Below, piece after piece: positions 1 to 13,089 of a DNA stretch of 64,000 nucleotides. The notes under the pieces are model-generated. The model was not told where the DNA came from, made no database searches, and saw only the letters and a program-made list of their open reading frames with translations. Position numbers and translations under genes: made by a program. The number at the start of each line of letters is the position of its first letter. Position 1 is the first letter of the stretch. Location: contig NC_083402.1 in NCBI RefSeq assembly GCF_020745735.1, forward strand, positions 8,322,004 to 8,386,003. The letters run 5' to 3'. Source of the DNA: Hemiscyllium ocellatum (Eukaryota).

Positions 1-338
1 ATGTTGATCCTCTCTCTCTCTGACATCTCTCCTGTGTGAACCAGGGTTTGACTGTAGCTTTTTTGCCAAGAGAGTGTTTATGGGGACGTTCCAAGCATTT
101 GGAACAGCATCATTAAGTTGCAATCGAGGCGATTGGGTTTTTAAATAGTTCTGGGATTCAAATGTGTTTTTCTTTTGTTCATGTGTGAATAAATACTGTT
201 TTGTTTAAAAGTGAGTGGTTGGGCCATATGCATCTCTCCTGGATTATCCAATCGACATTTGCATAAAACAACTCAATAAGTTAGGGTCTGGGCGAATTTC
301 CTGAAGTGTTTTGAGGGGGTGTGGCCTGGTCCATGACA
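1..338 (+). mobile_element. 3' part of an LTR-like repeat (solo LTR / non-autonomous LTR element), truncated by the window start
   Basis: Contains AATAAA and ends ...TGGTCCATGACA (terminal CA); similar ending (...TGGTCCATTACA) at 13440. Confidence 0.4.
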
Positions 339-561
339 CCCACCATTTAGCTACTGCTATGGGACCCATGGTTTACTCCCACAACATCTTATTTCCGTTT
401 TTGTTCCTTATGGAAGGAACCATAAGGAAGGCTGATCCATACAATTATAGAATTAGACAGGATGGAAGAGGCCCTTGAGCCATACAGTCTACACCAACAA
501 AAACATCACTGTCAGTCTGCACCTGTCCAACCTTCCAGCATTTGGTCCATAGCCTTGTATG

Positions 562-2100
562 TTACATAGAACACAGAACAGTACAGCACAGTATAGACCC
601 TACAGCCCACGATGTTGTGCTGACCATTTATCTTAACCTTAGATCAAAATATCCTCCACACCCTCAATCTTCTGCCATTCTTGTGTTTGTCCAACAGTCG
701 TTTGAATATCCCTAATGTTTCTGACTTTACTACCACTGCCTTCCACATATCCACCAGTCTCTGCATAAATAAACTACCTCTGACATCTCCCCAATACCTT
801 CCTCCAATCACCTTAAAATGATGACTCCTTGTGACAGTCATTTCTGCCTTAGGAAGAGTCTCTGGCTATCTACTCTGTCTATGCCTCTCATTACCTTGTA
901 TACCTCTATCAAGTCACCTCTCTTCCTGCTTCTCTCCAGTGCAAAAAGCCCTCACTCACTCAACCTCTCTTCATAAGACAAGTCGTCCAATCCTGTGAGT
1001 ATCCTGGCAAATATCCTCTGAACCCTCTCTAAAGCATCTACATCCTTCCAGTAATGGGACAACCCAGAACTGGACATAATATTCCAAGTGTGGTCTAACC
1101 AGGATTTTATAGAGCTGAAGCAAAACCTCGCGGCTCTTAAACTCAATTCCACCTGTTAATGAAAACCAAACACCATCCGCCTTCTTCACAATGCTATCCA
1201 CTTGGGTGACAACATTGAGGGATCGATGTACATGGACCCCAAGATCCTCTGTTTCTCCACACTGTCAAGAATCCTGTCTTTAACCTTGTATTCAGCATTC
1301 AAAGTCGACCTTCCAAAATGCTCCACTTCACATTTATCCAGGTTGAACTCCATCTGCCATTTCTCAGCCCAGATCTGCATCTGCCAATGGCTTGTTGTAG
1401 CCTCCAACAGGACTCTACACTCACTACAACACCACCGGCATCGGCAAACTTACTAACCAACCCTGACAGGTCTTCATTCATGTCATTTATAATAACTACA
1501 AAGAGCAGAGGCCCAAGAACAGATCCCTGTGGAACATCACTGGTCACTGACTTCTCGGTGGAATACTTTCCATTCACTATCACTTGCTGTCTTCATTCAG
1601 CAAGCCAATTTTGTATCCAGACAGCCACATCTCCCTGTGTCTCATACCTACTAACTGTCTGAATTAATTGACTATCAAATGCCTTATTGAAATCCATAAA
1701 AACCATACCCAATGCTCAACCTTCCACAATTTATCTCATCACATCCTCAAACAACCCAATCAGGCTTGTGAGGCATCACCTGACCCTCACAAAGCCACGC
1801 TGACAATCTTTAATCAAACTATGTTCTTCCAAATAGTCATAAATCCTTTCCAGGAAGTTGCTTACCACAGACATCAGACTGACAGGTTTGTAATTCCCAG
1901 AGATTTTTCTATTCCTTTTCTCGAACAGAGGAATAACACTCGCCTCCCTCCAATCATCCATTACTACTCCCATGGAGAGTGAGGATTCAGAGATCATCAC
2001 CAGAGGAGCAGCAATCTCATTCCTCGCTTCCCATAGTAACCTTGGATATATCTGATCCGGCCCTGGACACTTATCTCTCTTGATGCTTCCCAGAATTTTT
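562..2100 (-). mobile_element. 5'-truncated CR1-type (HER1-like) LINE, RT region, degenerate
   Basis: ORF fragments KCPGPDQIYPR, GNYKPVSLMS, VPQGSVLGPLLF, SKFAD; (tgttcta)-like 3' tail near 565; its 5' end abuts the intron about 25 nt upstream of the 2128 acceptor. Confidence 0.9.
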
Positions 2101-2127
2101 ACCATTTTGATGTTCGTCCTTCCTCAG

Positions 2128-2408
2128 CTGCTCAAGGAAATGTCTCAGTAGTGAGTGGGACAGAGGAAGATTCAGTTACTTTATCCTGTATCTTCAGGAG
2201 CTGGGACTCCCACGCCCCTGACCACTGTTACCTGGATGAGGAAGGAGGCCTCCCAACACTTCATTACATTTACAGCCCAATCACAAGGAACTTGGACAAC
2301 TGTACACAGTGGAAATCGGTACGAGCTCATCGGGAACCCAGAGGAGGGAAACACCTCAAACTGATTCTCAGTATCTGATCTAGAAAGAGACACGGGTGTG
2401 GGTTTATG
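2128..2408 (+). pseudogene. Broken V-set Ig exon (paralog of V2)
   Basis: cctcag|CT GCT CAA GGA AAT GTC..SVTLSCIFRSW..TVTWMRK..NRYELIGNPEEGN; +1 insertion near 2215, net 68-nt deletion removing the E-F strands and second Cys, in-frame TAG near 2379; phase-1 donor TAT G|GTAAGA. Confidence 0.88.
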
Positions 2409-2454
2409 GTAAGAAATCATTCTGGATGGGAGACAACAATTGATCATATAATCG

Positions 2455-2750
2455 TTGGATGGTTAATCCAACACCCAGGTAATGTTCTGGGAGTAGGATT
2501 CAAATCCTACCATGGCAGATGGTGGAATTTGAAATTAATAAAATTCTCAAAGTAAGAGTCAAAAGCTGACTATGTGACCACTGTTTATTGTTGTAAAAAC
2601 CCATCTGGTTCACTAATGATCTTTCGTGAAGGGAACTGTCATCCTAACCTGGCCTGGCCTACTTGTGACTCCAGACACACAGCAATGTGGTTTATTCTTA
2701 ACTAATAGGGATGAGTAATCAATGCTGCCCTACCCAATGTCCTTCTCATC
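2455..2750 (+). mobile_element. tRNA-derived SINE, degenerate; related copies at about 3300-3545, 12600-12960, 15270-15620, 43130-43490(-), 53700-53960(-), 62290-62510
   Basis: Recurring ggttcaaatcc(c)accatggcag...ccatctggttcactaatg...tggcctacatgtgactccag motif. Confidence 0.7.
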
Positions 2751-3968
2751 CTGTAATTTAATGAATATGAAGAAGTATTCCGTCTGTAGAGGGTGTACAG
2801 TGAGAGTGCAGCAGGTTCTGTGAATTTTTAATGATTTGGTCATTGAAACTAAAATATTAACCCTGTTTCTCTCCATAGGTGGGGTCTGGCCTGCTGAGTA
2901 TTTACAGCATTTTGATTTTTATTTCAAATTTCCAACATCTGCAGTATTTTGCTTTTGTGTTTGAAATTTGACTTTTTAAACATTTAATGTAATTTGATGT
3001 GTTGATCCTTTTAGGTACATTCTGATGTCAGTATTGAAAGGCATTGACACACTCAGAATATTCAGTTCAATCTTCAAACGATCCAAAGTTAAACTGACAA
3101 TGGGATCATCTCCTCGAGCAGGAAGGTGCTGCAGAGTAATGTGTCCCTCTTGGTTACAATGAAAGTGTTCACACCTTCATCGGGAATAGTTCCATCAGTG
3201 CAAGTACATTCCCCCAGTTTCTGTCTGACTGTGTGAGGCATCACAGCCACATGGGACCTATCCTAGCCCTGCATTCACACATGGGTTATAAAAGGAGATA
3301 GTGGTATACTGCTGCTGTCACTGGGCAACTAATCCAGACACTCATGTCTGGGGCCATGAGTTCAAATCCTACCACGGCGGAAGGTGAAAGATAAATGAAA
3401 TTTTAAACATTTGGAATTTAAATGAAAAAGTAACCTTATGGTCACATGTGACCACTGTTGACAGTTGGGAAAGTTCATTTGAATCAGTCAGGTCCTTTAC
3501 AGTATGAAATCTGCCTTCCTTACTTGGTCTGGCCTACATGTAGGACACAGGACAGGGTGGGATGGTAGATCAGTGCTCAGTAATGGGTGCCCTTGTGTTG
3601 GTGAGTCAAGACTGGGTCCAGGAAATACCCTGCAGAATGTTTTAAAGTATCCATCTAACCTTATATTCTGTATCACAGAATTAAGCAGTTGCCTCCTTCA
3701 GGAGTTGTTCTGAACTGCAATGCACTGCCTGAAAGGCCAATGGAAATAGATTTAATAGAGTGATCTTTCAGGCGATAATTGGGTAAGTATTTGGAGGGGA
3801 GCACATTCCTGGTCTGTGGGAAACAGCAGGTGAGAGTGTTGAACTGGTTTGCCCCATTACAGAACATCCTGTTTGTACATTTCACCTCTTGCTCTGTAAC
3901 CCTGCTACAAGTTTCACTGCAGCAACATGGAGGGATTCCTGAATAATGCTGTTCTTGCTGTTTTACAG

Positions 3969-4070
3969 TGAACAGGACTGAGCCCACCACTGTATATCTG
4001 CCAGTCATTCCAACACTTCTCATCCTGCCCATCTGCTTCATAATCTTCATCAACTTCAGCAACAAAGGAG
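3969..4070 (+). CDS. Transmembrane exon of gene A (102 nt, phase 1-1), frame open
   Basis: gttttacag|TG AAC...AAA GGA G|GTGGGT; (V)NRTEPTTVYLPVIPTLLILPICFIIFINFSNKG. Confidence 0.8.
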
Positions 4071-4789
4071 GTGGGTTCATGGAGAATGAGGTTTGATAAA
4101 ACAGTATGGTTCTGTCATAACAAGAGGGAGGGGTGCACAGGAGATTCACCAGGATGTTGCCTGGGATGGAGCCTTGTTGTGAGTGATTTAACATTGAGGC
4201 TGTTTCACAAGGAGATCCATTTAAACCCATTCCATTGAACTCTGATGGATCAATCCCCATTCTCCTCCCATCACTGTTGAATCTCAATGCGCTAAAATAT
4301 CTTTTCATTCACTCCCATTTGACAGAATCACAACAACCCACATCTTTTGCATTCATTCCCACTTTGTACAGACTCTCAAACAGAACAGAAAGGAAGTTGC
4401 AGTTCACCACATTATTCTTATGTGATTTATTGTTCAAGTGGCTTTTGAGAGTTTGCTGGATAAAGGCATAGACACGGTGGCTCAGATAGTCTGAGTAACA
4501 GAGCTATATTTGGGGAGGAATGGTAACATGGACTCCTCTTCTGGCCTGTGCAGTGAGTGCAATGTTCAGGCACTGATCTGTTTTGGGACTGCCCTCATTA
4601 CTTGTCTTTGCTCTGGCTGAACAAATTGAACAGGCAGGATGTCTGAGGAATATTGAAGGCCTCAGAATCCTGAGCTCAGTTATGTCAGTGCTGAAGACCT
4701 TGAGACGTTTAAATTCTGATCCTTATCTTCATGGCCTCTCCCTCCGTTTCTTTGTCAGTTGCATTTTGGCTTCATAGAGAGAAGTTTTG

Positions 4790-5285
4790 ATACAGGAGCA
4801 GGAATGTCTTGCTGTAATTGTACAAGGTCTTGGAGAAACCACACCTGGAGGACTGGGTGAGGTTCTGGTCCCCTTATGGGAGGAAGGATGTTCTGGCATT
4901 GGACAGAGTGCAATGAAGGTTTCTCAGACAGACTCCTGGGATTTCAGGGCTGATGTATGAAGAGAGATTGGATCGGTTCGGATGGTATTCACTGGAGTTT
5001 GGAAAAATGAGGGGGATCTCAGGGAAATGTGTGAAATTTCAGTAAAACTCGACGAGGTAAATGTAGGAAAGATGTTTCCAGTGACCGGGGAGACAAAAAC
5101 CAATGGTCACTGTCAAAGGATATGGGGTAGACCATTCAGGATTGACATGGAGAGTAGTCCCTTTGGAGTTACTGTGATCCTGTGGAGTTCTCTGTCACAG
5201 AAAGCAGTTGAGGCCAAAGCAAAGAATGTTTTTAAGAAGGCGTTAGAGTTCTTGAGGATAAAGGGATGAAAGTGTATGGGGGGAA
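4790..5285 (+). mobile_element. CR1 LINE 3' fragment
   Basis: Remnants of the RT C-terminus (cacacctggag...ttctggtcccc..., YEERLDRL-like). Confidence 0.7.
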
Positions 5286-5366
5286 AACATTTCCAATTGT
5301 GGAGACAATGTGACAAATTTGTTCATAATTTTACAAAATATTTATGAAACTTTTTTTTCTCTTCAG

Positions 5367-5406
5367 GGTGTTCACAGCAAATCAAGAGAACGACACCTTT
5401 GAAAAG
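5367..5406 (+). CDS. Cytoplasmic exon c1 of gene A (40 nt, phase 1-2)
   Basis: ttttttttctcttcag|GG TGT TCA CAG...AAA AG|GTAAGG; (G)CSQQIKRTTPLK(R); same length as paralog 49593-49632. Confidence 0.8.
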
Positions 5407-5453
5407 GTAAGGTAGTCAGTGACTGACACGAGAGTAGCGGTAGAAATTCTCTG

Positions 5454-5546
5454 AGTCGAGAGTGTGGTGTTGGAAAAGCACAGCAGGTCAGGCAGCTTCC
5501 GAGGAGCAGGAGAATCGATGTTTCGGGCAAAAGCTCTTCATCAGGA
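5454..5546 (-). mobile_element. Short Penelope-like terminus with a hammerhead-like core; related copies at about 17860-17930, 19118-19250, 25935-26070, 28705-28890, 29170-29275, 38335-38540, 49855-49960, 52690-52830, 57400-57480
   Basis: Recurring gctggaaaagcacagcaggtcaggcagcatcc..ggagcaggagaatcga.gtttcgggc unit; reverse complement reads CTGATGA-A-stem-GAAA-CA-TC. Confidence 0.7.
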
Positions 5547-6199
5547 AGCTCTCACTTTTGCTCTAGTTCAGGGTTGTATTGAATATCTCCTTTTCAGAGA
5601 CAGAATGCAGCCTCCTGCTAATGATCTCCGAATGTGTTATTTTCCTGCTTACAAGTTGCTCAAACACTCACTGGGAAAATGAGAGGTAAATGACAGAGAA
5701 ATAAATTCTGAACAGAATTGGTCAATTTCTGGCTGTTTGTAAGTTTTCAGCTCCAGGTTAATCTGAGAGCTCTATTCTGCAAATCAATCTACAATTCATC
5801 CTTGTATAAAACGAAAGTGTTCCCCATTTTTCTCACAGTGGTCACTTTGAGTTGTCATGGCTGTTTCATGGAGGGAAAGATTGGAATGTTATCACTTGCA
5901 GTGAGTGCTGAGGATAAAAAGGACCTTTTTTGTGAATCCTACTATTTCTCCCTTGCCCTCCGAGCAGCTGAATTTTCACTGGGTGGGAACGTGGTTTCCT
6001 GATCATCCCCCACTTTCCAAGATTTCCATGTTCTGTAGCATCCTCCAAAGTTACAGCAGATGGGAAGCCCTTGCAGGAATTTTCCCCACATCTCCAACAC
6101 CCTCCCTCCCTGCCTTGTAACCAGTTGCTCAAAGCTGACCCTTGGGTGCTTTGGTACATTCTGGTACCAAGGCAGAACTGTTTCTGGTGGTGAATTCTT

Positions 6200-6430
6200 C
6201 AAGGGTGACATGGGTGAGTTGTGTCTAAATCTGAACATTTTGTTTATTCATTTGCCGGTCGTGAGCATCTCTGATTGGGCCAGCATTGACTACCTGTCCA
6301 CAGTTGCCCTTGAGAAGGTGGGGGTGAGCTGCCTTCATGAACTGCTCCAGTCGGTGTTCTGGAGGTAAGAGCCACAGAGCCCTTAGGGAGGGATTTCCAG
6401 GATTTTGATCCAGCAACAGTTCCCCACCAC
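6200..6430 (-). mobile_element. SINE 3' portion (same family at about 27270-27600 on + and 32540-32690 on -)
   Basis: Shared aaaatcctggaa.tccctccctaagggc...gcagctcaccaccaccttctcaagggcaac motif. Confidence 0.6.
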
Positions 6431-6572
6431 CTTCTCATGGACAGCTAGGAGCAGCCAGCCCGACCCATGACCTGTGAGGGGATAAGCAAAAAGATAGGAT
6501 TCTTGTTACTGTGACCTGGGGATTATGCCATTAGCTTCCTCTGAATATTAATGTTCCTTGTATGTATTTCAG

Positions 6573-6699
6573 GAATGATCCAGGGTCATCCAGCATTCCT
6601 GAGCCTCATCAGGCCCAGCAGCCGTTGGCCTCAGGTACTGGCTGTACTCGAACTGACCAATCACCATCCATTTCAGACACTGTAACATCGAGTGTGTGA
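6573..6699 (+). CDS. Cytoplasmic exon c2 of gene A: internal donor after 6634, or read-through to TGA at 6697-6699
   Basis: tgtatttcag|G AAT GAT CCA...; (R)NDPGSSSIPEPHQAQQPLAS G|GTACTG, or ...GTGCTRTDQSPSISDTVTSSV*. Confidence 0.75.
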
Positions 6700-7142
6700 A
6701 GCATCAACACAGTGGACAGACATGCAGTGACAGAGTACCATCCTCACTGTACAGCCTGACCACTTTGGACTAACTCTCTTCCCATTCCGTGTGACCCAGT
6801 GAAAAGCAGCATGTTTCCCATTGAGAGCATCACTACTTTTCTTTTGGTTTCTTCACTTTTGGTTTGGAACTGTGATTTTAAAGTTGAGAATTAAAGTTTG
6901 AAAAATAGGTTGTTTGACAAAAGATGAGAGAAGAAAAGGGAAACATTGCTGTTGGAATATGGTCTGGAAAACTAACGCAGGTTAATTCAAGGTCATTGTC
7001 ATTGTCATCGGTGATTACTCACTCATGAGTGTTATCATCTACTGAGGAAATTTGTACCCCTTTTCATAGGTTCTGTGGGTCTTTGTGTGAATCCTGGAGC
7101 CACATCTCCAACCACATATTTGTTGTGTGTTTCTTAGATGTG

Positions 7143-7399
7143 GAACAAAGAACAAAGAAAATTACAACACAGGAACAGGCCCTTCAGCCCTCCAAGCCTG
7201 TACTGCTCCAGATCCTTTGTCTAAACCCGTCACCTATTTTCTAAGGATCTGTACCCCTCTGCTCTCGCCCATTCATGTCTCTGTCTCGATACATCTTAAA
7301 TGTATCATGCCCACCTCTACCACCTCCGCTGGCAACCCGTTCCAGGCACTCACCACCAATCTGCGTAAAGAACCTTCCACACATATCTCCCTTAATCTT
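7143..7399 (-). mobile_element. CR1 LINE 3' end fragment
   Basis: (gaacaaa)n tail and 3'UTR motif acaggcccttcagccc. Confidence 0.7.
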
Positions 7400-10300
7400 A
7401 GAACATAGAGCATCGAACAGTACAGCACAGAACAGGCCCTGCAGCCCTCAATGTTGTGCTGACCTGTAAAATATTCTAAGCCCGTCTGCCTACACTATCA
7501 CATCATTATCCATGTGCTTATCCAAGGATTGTTTAAATCTCCCTAATGTGGCTGAGTTAACTACATTAGCAGGTTGGGCATTCCACACCCTTATCACTCT
7601 GAGTAAAGAACCTGCCTCTAAAATCTGTCTTAAATATATCACCCCTCAATTTGTAGTTATGCCCCCTCGTACAAGCTGATATCATTATCTGAGGAAAAAG
7701 GCGCTCACTTTCTACTCTATCTCATCCTCTGATCATCTTGTATGTCTCTATCAAATCCCCTCTTAGCCTTCTTCTTTCCAATGAGAACAGACTGAAGTCT
7801 CTCAGCCTTTCCTCATAAGACCTTCCCTCCAGACCAGGCAACATCCTGGTAAATTTCCTCTGCTTCTTTTCCAATGCTTCCACATCCTTCCTGTAATGGG
7901 GCGACCAGAACTGTACACAATATTCCGAGTGCAGCCACACTAGCATTTTGTACAGTTGCAGAATGACATTGCAGCTCCAGAACTCAATCCCTCTACCAAT
8001 GAAACCTAACACACGGAATGCCTTCTTAACAGCACAATCAACCTGGGTGGCAACTTTCAGCGATCTATGTACATGGACTCCAAGATCCCTCTGCACATCC
8101 ACACTACCAAGAATCTTTCCATTGACCCATTACTCTGCCTTCCAGTTATTCTTTCCAATGTGAACCACCTCATATTTTGCTGCAGTGAACCCCATTTGTC
8201 ACCTCTCAGCCCAGTTCTGCAGTTTATCCAAGTCCCCCTGCAACCTGTAGCATTCTTCCACACTGTTCACCACTCCACCAATTCAGTGTCATCTGTAAAC
8301 TTACTAACCCGTCCACCTATGCCTGCGTCTGAGTCATTTACAAAAATGACTTCCAATTAACCCTGTTGGACTATAACCTGGTGTTGTGTGATATTTAACT
8401 TTGTACACCCCAGTCCAACACCGGCATCTCCAAATTATAAAAATGACAAACAGCAGTGGTCCCAAAACAGATCGTTGTGGCACACCACGAGTAACTGGAC
8501 TCCAGGCTAAATATTTTCCATCAACCATCACTCATTGCCTCCTTTCAGAAAGCCAGTTTCTAATTCAAACTGCTAAATCACCCTCAATCCCATGCCTCTG
8601 CATTTTCTCCAACAGACTACCATGTGGAACCTTATCAAAGGCTTTACTGAAGTCCATGTACACCACGTCAACTGCCCTACCCTCACCTACATGCTTGGTC
8701 ACCATCTCAAAACATTCAATGAGGTTTGTGAGACATGACCTGCCCTTGGCGAAACCATGTTGAATATCTGCAATCAAATTATTGCTAGCTAGATGATGAT
8801 AAATCTTATCTCTTATAATCTTTTCCAAAACCTTTCCTACAACAGAAGTCAGACTCACTGGTCTATAATTACCTGGTCATCCCTCCTGCCCTCCTTGATC
8901 AAGGGCACAACATTTGCAATCCTCCAGTCCTCTGGTTCTAAACCTGTAGACAGTGATGACTCAAATATCAAAGCCAAAGCTTCTGCTATCTCCTCCATAA
9001 CTTCCCAGAGAATCCTTGGATAAATCCCATCCAGCCCAGGGGAACTTGTCTACTTTCACACTTTCTAGAATTGATCTTGTATCTCTTTCATCTCCTCTAC
9101 AATGTTCTCCTTATCCTGAGTGAAAACCGATGAGAAATGTTCATTTAGCACATCTCTGATCTCCACAGGGTCCACACTCAACTTCCCACTTCTGTCTTTG
9201 ACTGGCCCTATTCCTACCTTAGTCATCCTTTTATTCCTCACACATCTCTAGAAAGATTTAGGGTTTTCCTTTATTCTACCTGCTAAAAACTGATCATGTC
9301 CTCTCTTTGCTCTTCTTAACTCTCTTTAAATCTTTCCTAGCTAATCTGTATCTCTCCATCACTTCATCTGAACCATCTTGTCTCATCAACATATAAGCCT
9401 CCTTTTTGCAATTAACAAGAGATGCAATTTCTGTAGTAAACCACGGTTCCCTTACCTTACAACTTCCTCCCTGCCTGACAGGGACATACCTATCAAGGAC
9501 ACGCAATATCTGATCATTAAACCAGCTCCACATTTCTATTGTCCCCATCCCCTGCATTTTGATAACCCATTCTCTGCATCCGAATTCTTGACTAATTGTG
9601 TTCTTCTTGCCCTTGCCCCATCGATAAACCTTGACTTGTGGCATGTACCTATCGCTTTCCATCGTTAAACTAAACATAACTGAATTATGGTCACTCTCTC
9701 CAAAGTGCTCACTTACAACTAAATCAAACACCTGGCCTGGTTCATTACCATGCACCAGATCCAGTGTGGCCTCCCCTCTTGTCGGCCCCTCGACATACTG
9801 TGTCAAGAAACCCTTCTGTACACATTGGTCAAAAACTGATCCAACCGAAGTACTAGAGTTATAGCATTTCCAGTCAATGTTGGGGAAATTAAAGTCCCTC
9901 TTAATGATCACCCTATTCCTTTCACTCCTACCCAGAATCGTTTTGCCAATCCTCTCCTCCACTTCCCTGGAGCTCTGCAGAGACCTATAAAAAAAAACTC
10001 CCAGCAGTGTGACCTCTCCTCTCCTGCTTCTAACCTTAGCCAATACTACCTCAGGAGTAGTATGGTGTCAAAAGTTCTTTCAGCCACCATTATACTTTCC
10101 TTGATGAACAAGGCTACACCTCCCTCTCTTTTACCGCCTTGCCTGTTCTTAATGAATGATCTGAATTCTGAAAACCTGCAACATCCATTCCTCACCCTGG
10201 TCTATCCATGTATCCAAAATGGCCACAACATCGAAATCCCAGGTACCCATCCGTACTGCAAGCTCACCTACCGTATTCCGGATACTCCTGGCATTGAAGT

Positions 10301-10860
10301 AGACACACTTCAAACCAGCTTGCTGTCTGCCAGCACACTCCTGTGACCGTGTAATCCTGCCCGTGTCCTCCCCACTCTCATCCTCCTGTCTACTGGAACT
10401 ACACTTCAGGTTCCCATCCCTCTCTTTAAACCCACCCAATCAGCACCAGCAAATTTTCCACCCAGGATATTAGTACCCCTCTGGTTCAAGTGAAGACCGT
10501 CCTGTTTGTGCAAGTTGCACCTTCCCCAGAATGAGCCCCAATTATCCAAGTACCTGAAACCCTCCCTCCTACACCATCTCTGTTCCCCTGATATCTCTCC
10601 ATATTCCTTGCCTTGCTATCATGTGGCACAGGTAACAAACCAGAGATAACAAATCTGTTTGTTCTAGATCTCAGCTTCCACCCTAGCTCCCTGAAATCCT
10701 GCCTTACATCCCTATCCCTCTTTCTACCTATGTTGTTGGTCCCTACATAGACCACGACTTGCGGCTGGTCACTCTCTCCCTTCAGGACCCCAAAGATACG
10801 ATCTGATACATCATAGACCCTGGCACCTGGGAGGAACACACCAACTGTGAGTCTCATCAA
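7400..10860 (-). mobile_element. CR1-type LINE, about 3.5 kb: end of ORF1 esterase domain, APE endonuclease, RT; degenerate
   Basis: ORF1 PGARVYDVS..VVVYVGTNNIGR; APE CVYFNARSIRN, DFNFPNIDW, GEATLDLV, FGESDHNSV; RT YMDFSKAFDKVPH. Confidence 0.92.
8351..8436. mobile_element. 86-bp short insertion inside the LINE with an approximately 11-bp target-site duplication
   Basis: Flanked by acaaaaatgac (8340-8350) and ataaaaatgac (8437-8447); removing it restores LINE RT sequence. Confidence 0.7.
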
Positions 10861-10869
10861 TTCCCAACA

Positions 10870-11755
10870 AAAAGACTTTTCCCCTGTCACTTTGAACTCA
10901 TGACGCCTCGTAACTGAGACCCCACTCCGGGAAAAAGCTTCTTGCTATCCACCCTGTCTATACCTCTCATGATTTTGTAGACTCAATCAGGTGCCCCTCA
11001 ACCTCTGTCTTCCTAATGAAAATAATCCTAATCTGCTCAACCTCTTTTCATAGCTAGCACCCCATTATACCAGACAATATCCTGGTGAACCTCGTTTGCT
11101 CCCTCTCCAAAGCATCCACATCCTTTTGGTTACATGGCGACCAGATGGGTACATAACATTCCAAACATGGCCGAACCGAAATCTTATACAACCATAACCT
11201 GACCTACCAACTCCTGTACTCAATACCCAGCCTGATAAAGGAAACCATGCTGTATACCTTCTCGAGCAATCTATCGAACTGCATTGTAACCTTCAGGGGA
11301 CAATGGATCTGAACACCCAGATCTCTCTGTGCATTAATTTTCAGCAGGGCTTGTCCATTTACCATAATGTTTGCTCTTGAATTGGATCTTCTAAAATGCA
11401 TCACCTCGCATTTACCTGGATTAAACTCCATCTGCCATTTCTCTGCTCAACTCTCCAATTTATCTATATTCTGCTGAATTCTCTGACTGTCCCCTTCACT
11501 ATCTGCTACTCCACCAATCTTAGTGTCACCTGCAAACTTGGAATGAGCTGACAGCGGAAGTCGTTGAGGTGGATAGATTATCAACATTTAAAAGGCATTT
11601 GGGTAAATACGTGTCCAGGAAAGGATTAGAAGGATATGGGTCAAGTGCAGAGAAATGGGGTTAGTGTGGACAGACATTTTGGTGGGCATGGACCATTTGG
11701 GGCAAAGGGCCTGTCTCTGTGCTGTAGGACTCCATGACTCTATAGCTCTATCTGC
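10870..11755. mobile_element. Two further CR1 LINE 3' fragments (about 10870-11540 on -, about 11545-11755 on +)
   Basis: MEFNPGKCEVMHF..QRDLGVQ on minus; (catgactc)n tail on plus near 11745. Confidence 0.75.
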
Positions 11756-12359
11756 AGAAGCGATCTGTATTGACCAGTGACTTTGGAATTCAAGCAAGAG
11801 GTACATCCAATGTACCTGGAAGAGAACTCATCATCCAAGGATTTCATAAAGGCCTGACGTTTATCAGTAAAATGGTCATCAAACTGGAAAATCACAATTC
11901 TTTTATTTTTCTCATTTATCTTAACTCTGCATGTGTGTGTATGTCTGCACACATATTTGTGAGAGATGTCTGATTGGATGTTTATAATCAATGAAGATTG
12001 GGCTTAGGTGGTCGATATTAATTAGATTGCCTTATAGTTTTGGATATTGGTTTGCTCAGATAACAAATCTACATCCAGAACCTTAACCTGAACTACAAAT
12101 TGACTCAAAACATGCTATTGCCTTATAGTTTATCTGTGCTCAGTTTTGTTCTTCAGAATGAATTGTTAATTTTTGTTAAAATTGTAGACTTGGTGTCCAA
12201 GATGTGTTCTTTGTCATGTCTCAGTCAGAATCATTCAGTCATTTTGAGGATCATTGAATGTTTTCTTTTCATTGTGTTGTGTATCCAGTGATAGTGAGGT
12301 GGGTTTGGTTTGGCTTCTATCCCTGTTTCATAACATTCCAGAAAGGGATCTGATTGGTT

Positions 12360-13075
12360 TCTTTAGATTATTATCTGAGCAATGAAGATTAAAACTCCTT
12401 TCCTCGGTCACTGGCTCTAGATGGATTCTTGAACAATAACCATTTCTGATTTTCTGAATCGTCAGGCCCGTTCCTTGCTGTTTCGAACTGTTTATGGCCG
12501 GTCTGTATGGATCAAGGAAAAGAGTCCAATCACACATCCCAAATGACTCCCATAGCTGGGCTGTTGAGGGGGCTCTGAAGATCAGGTTTATGCTCTGTTG
12601 AAATGGGGTTCAATTCTCACCACGGCAACTTGTGGAATTTAATTAATAAATCTGGAATTGAAGCCTTGTTCTTCCTGATGGTGGCCATCTGAATTATCAT
12701 CATATGTTGCTCAAAAAAAACCCTGTTTCACTAATGTCCTTCAGGGAAACAAATCCACCATCTTTCCCCCATCTGCCCTCCAGGTAACTTCTGATCCCAC
12801 TTCAAACTTCAGTGTGACCTTTTCGGACAGATTGAATGCAATGTGTCTGACTCTGTCCTTGTCTCTGAAATGGCCAAGCAAGCCTCACAGTTCAAGGACA
12901 GTTAGGGATGGGGAACAAATACTGGCCTTGCCAGCGAGACCCACATGCCTTGAACGAATTTTAAAAATCTACCTAATCTGTTTTCACTCTCTGCTCAGTC
13001 CCTGCACCCTCTAACACCTGGCCCTGCCTCACTTCACTCTCTCTACCCTTATTTCCCTTTGACCCTCCCCTAGCA
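12360..13075 (+). repeat. Low-copy segmental unit X (copies at about 14990-15730 on + and 43040-43760 on -)
   Basis: Shared ttattatctgagcaatg..gatggattctt.acaataaccattt..tcaaggaa.agagtcca..ccaaatgactccc followed by the same SINE. Confidence 0.8.
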
Positions 13076-13089
13076 ACCAATATCCCACT

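Larger units (their letters stand above)
2128..6699 (+). pseudogene. Ig V-set / TM receptor pseudogene (gene A), inverted paralog of the minus-strand receptor gene; V exon, TM exon and two cytoplasmic exons
   Basis: Four exons with canonical AG/GT and the same phases as paralogous exons at 54342, 52208, 49632 and 44112; introns also homologous. Confidence 0.85.

Noticed and set aside
3673-4308. 211-aa minus-strand ORF
   Set aside because: Antisense to the gene A TM exon and introns; the paralogous region at 51.7-52.3 kb does not keep the frame; no recognisable domain
7118-7145. Acceptor-like tgtgtttcttag|ATGTGG cut by LINE insertions (possible gene A exon c3)
   Set aside because: No matching exon remainder found after the LINE stack at about 11760
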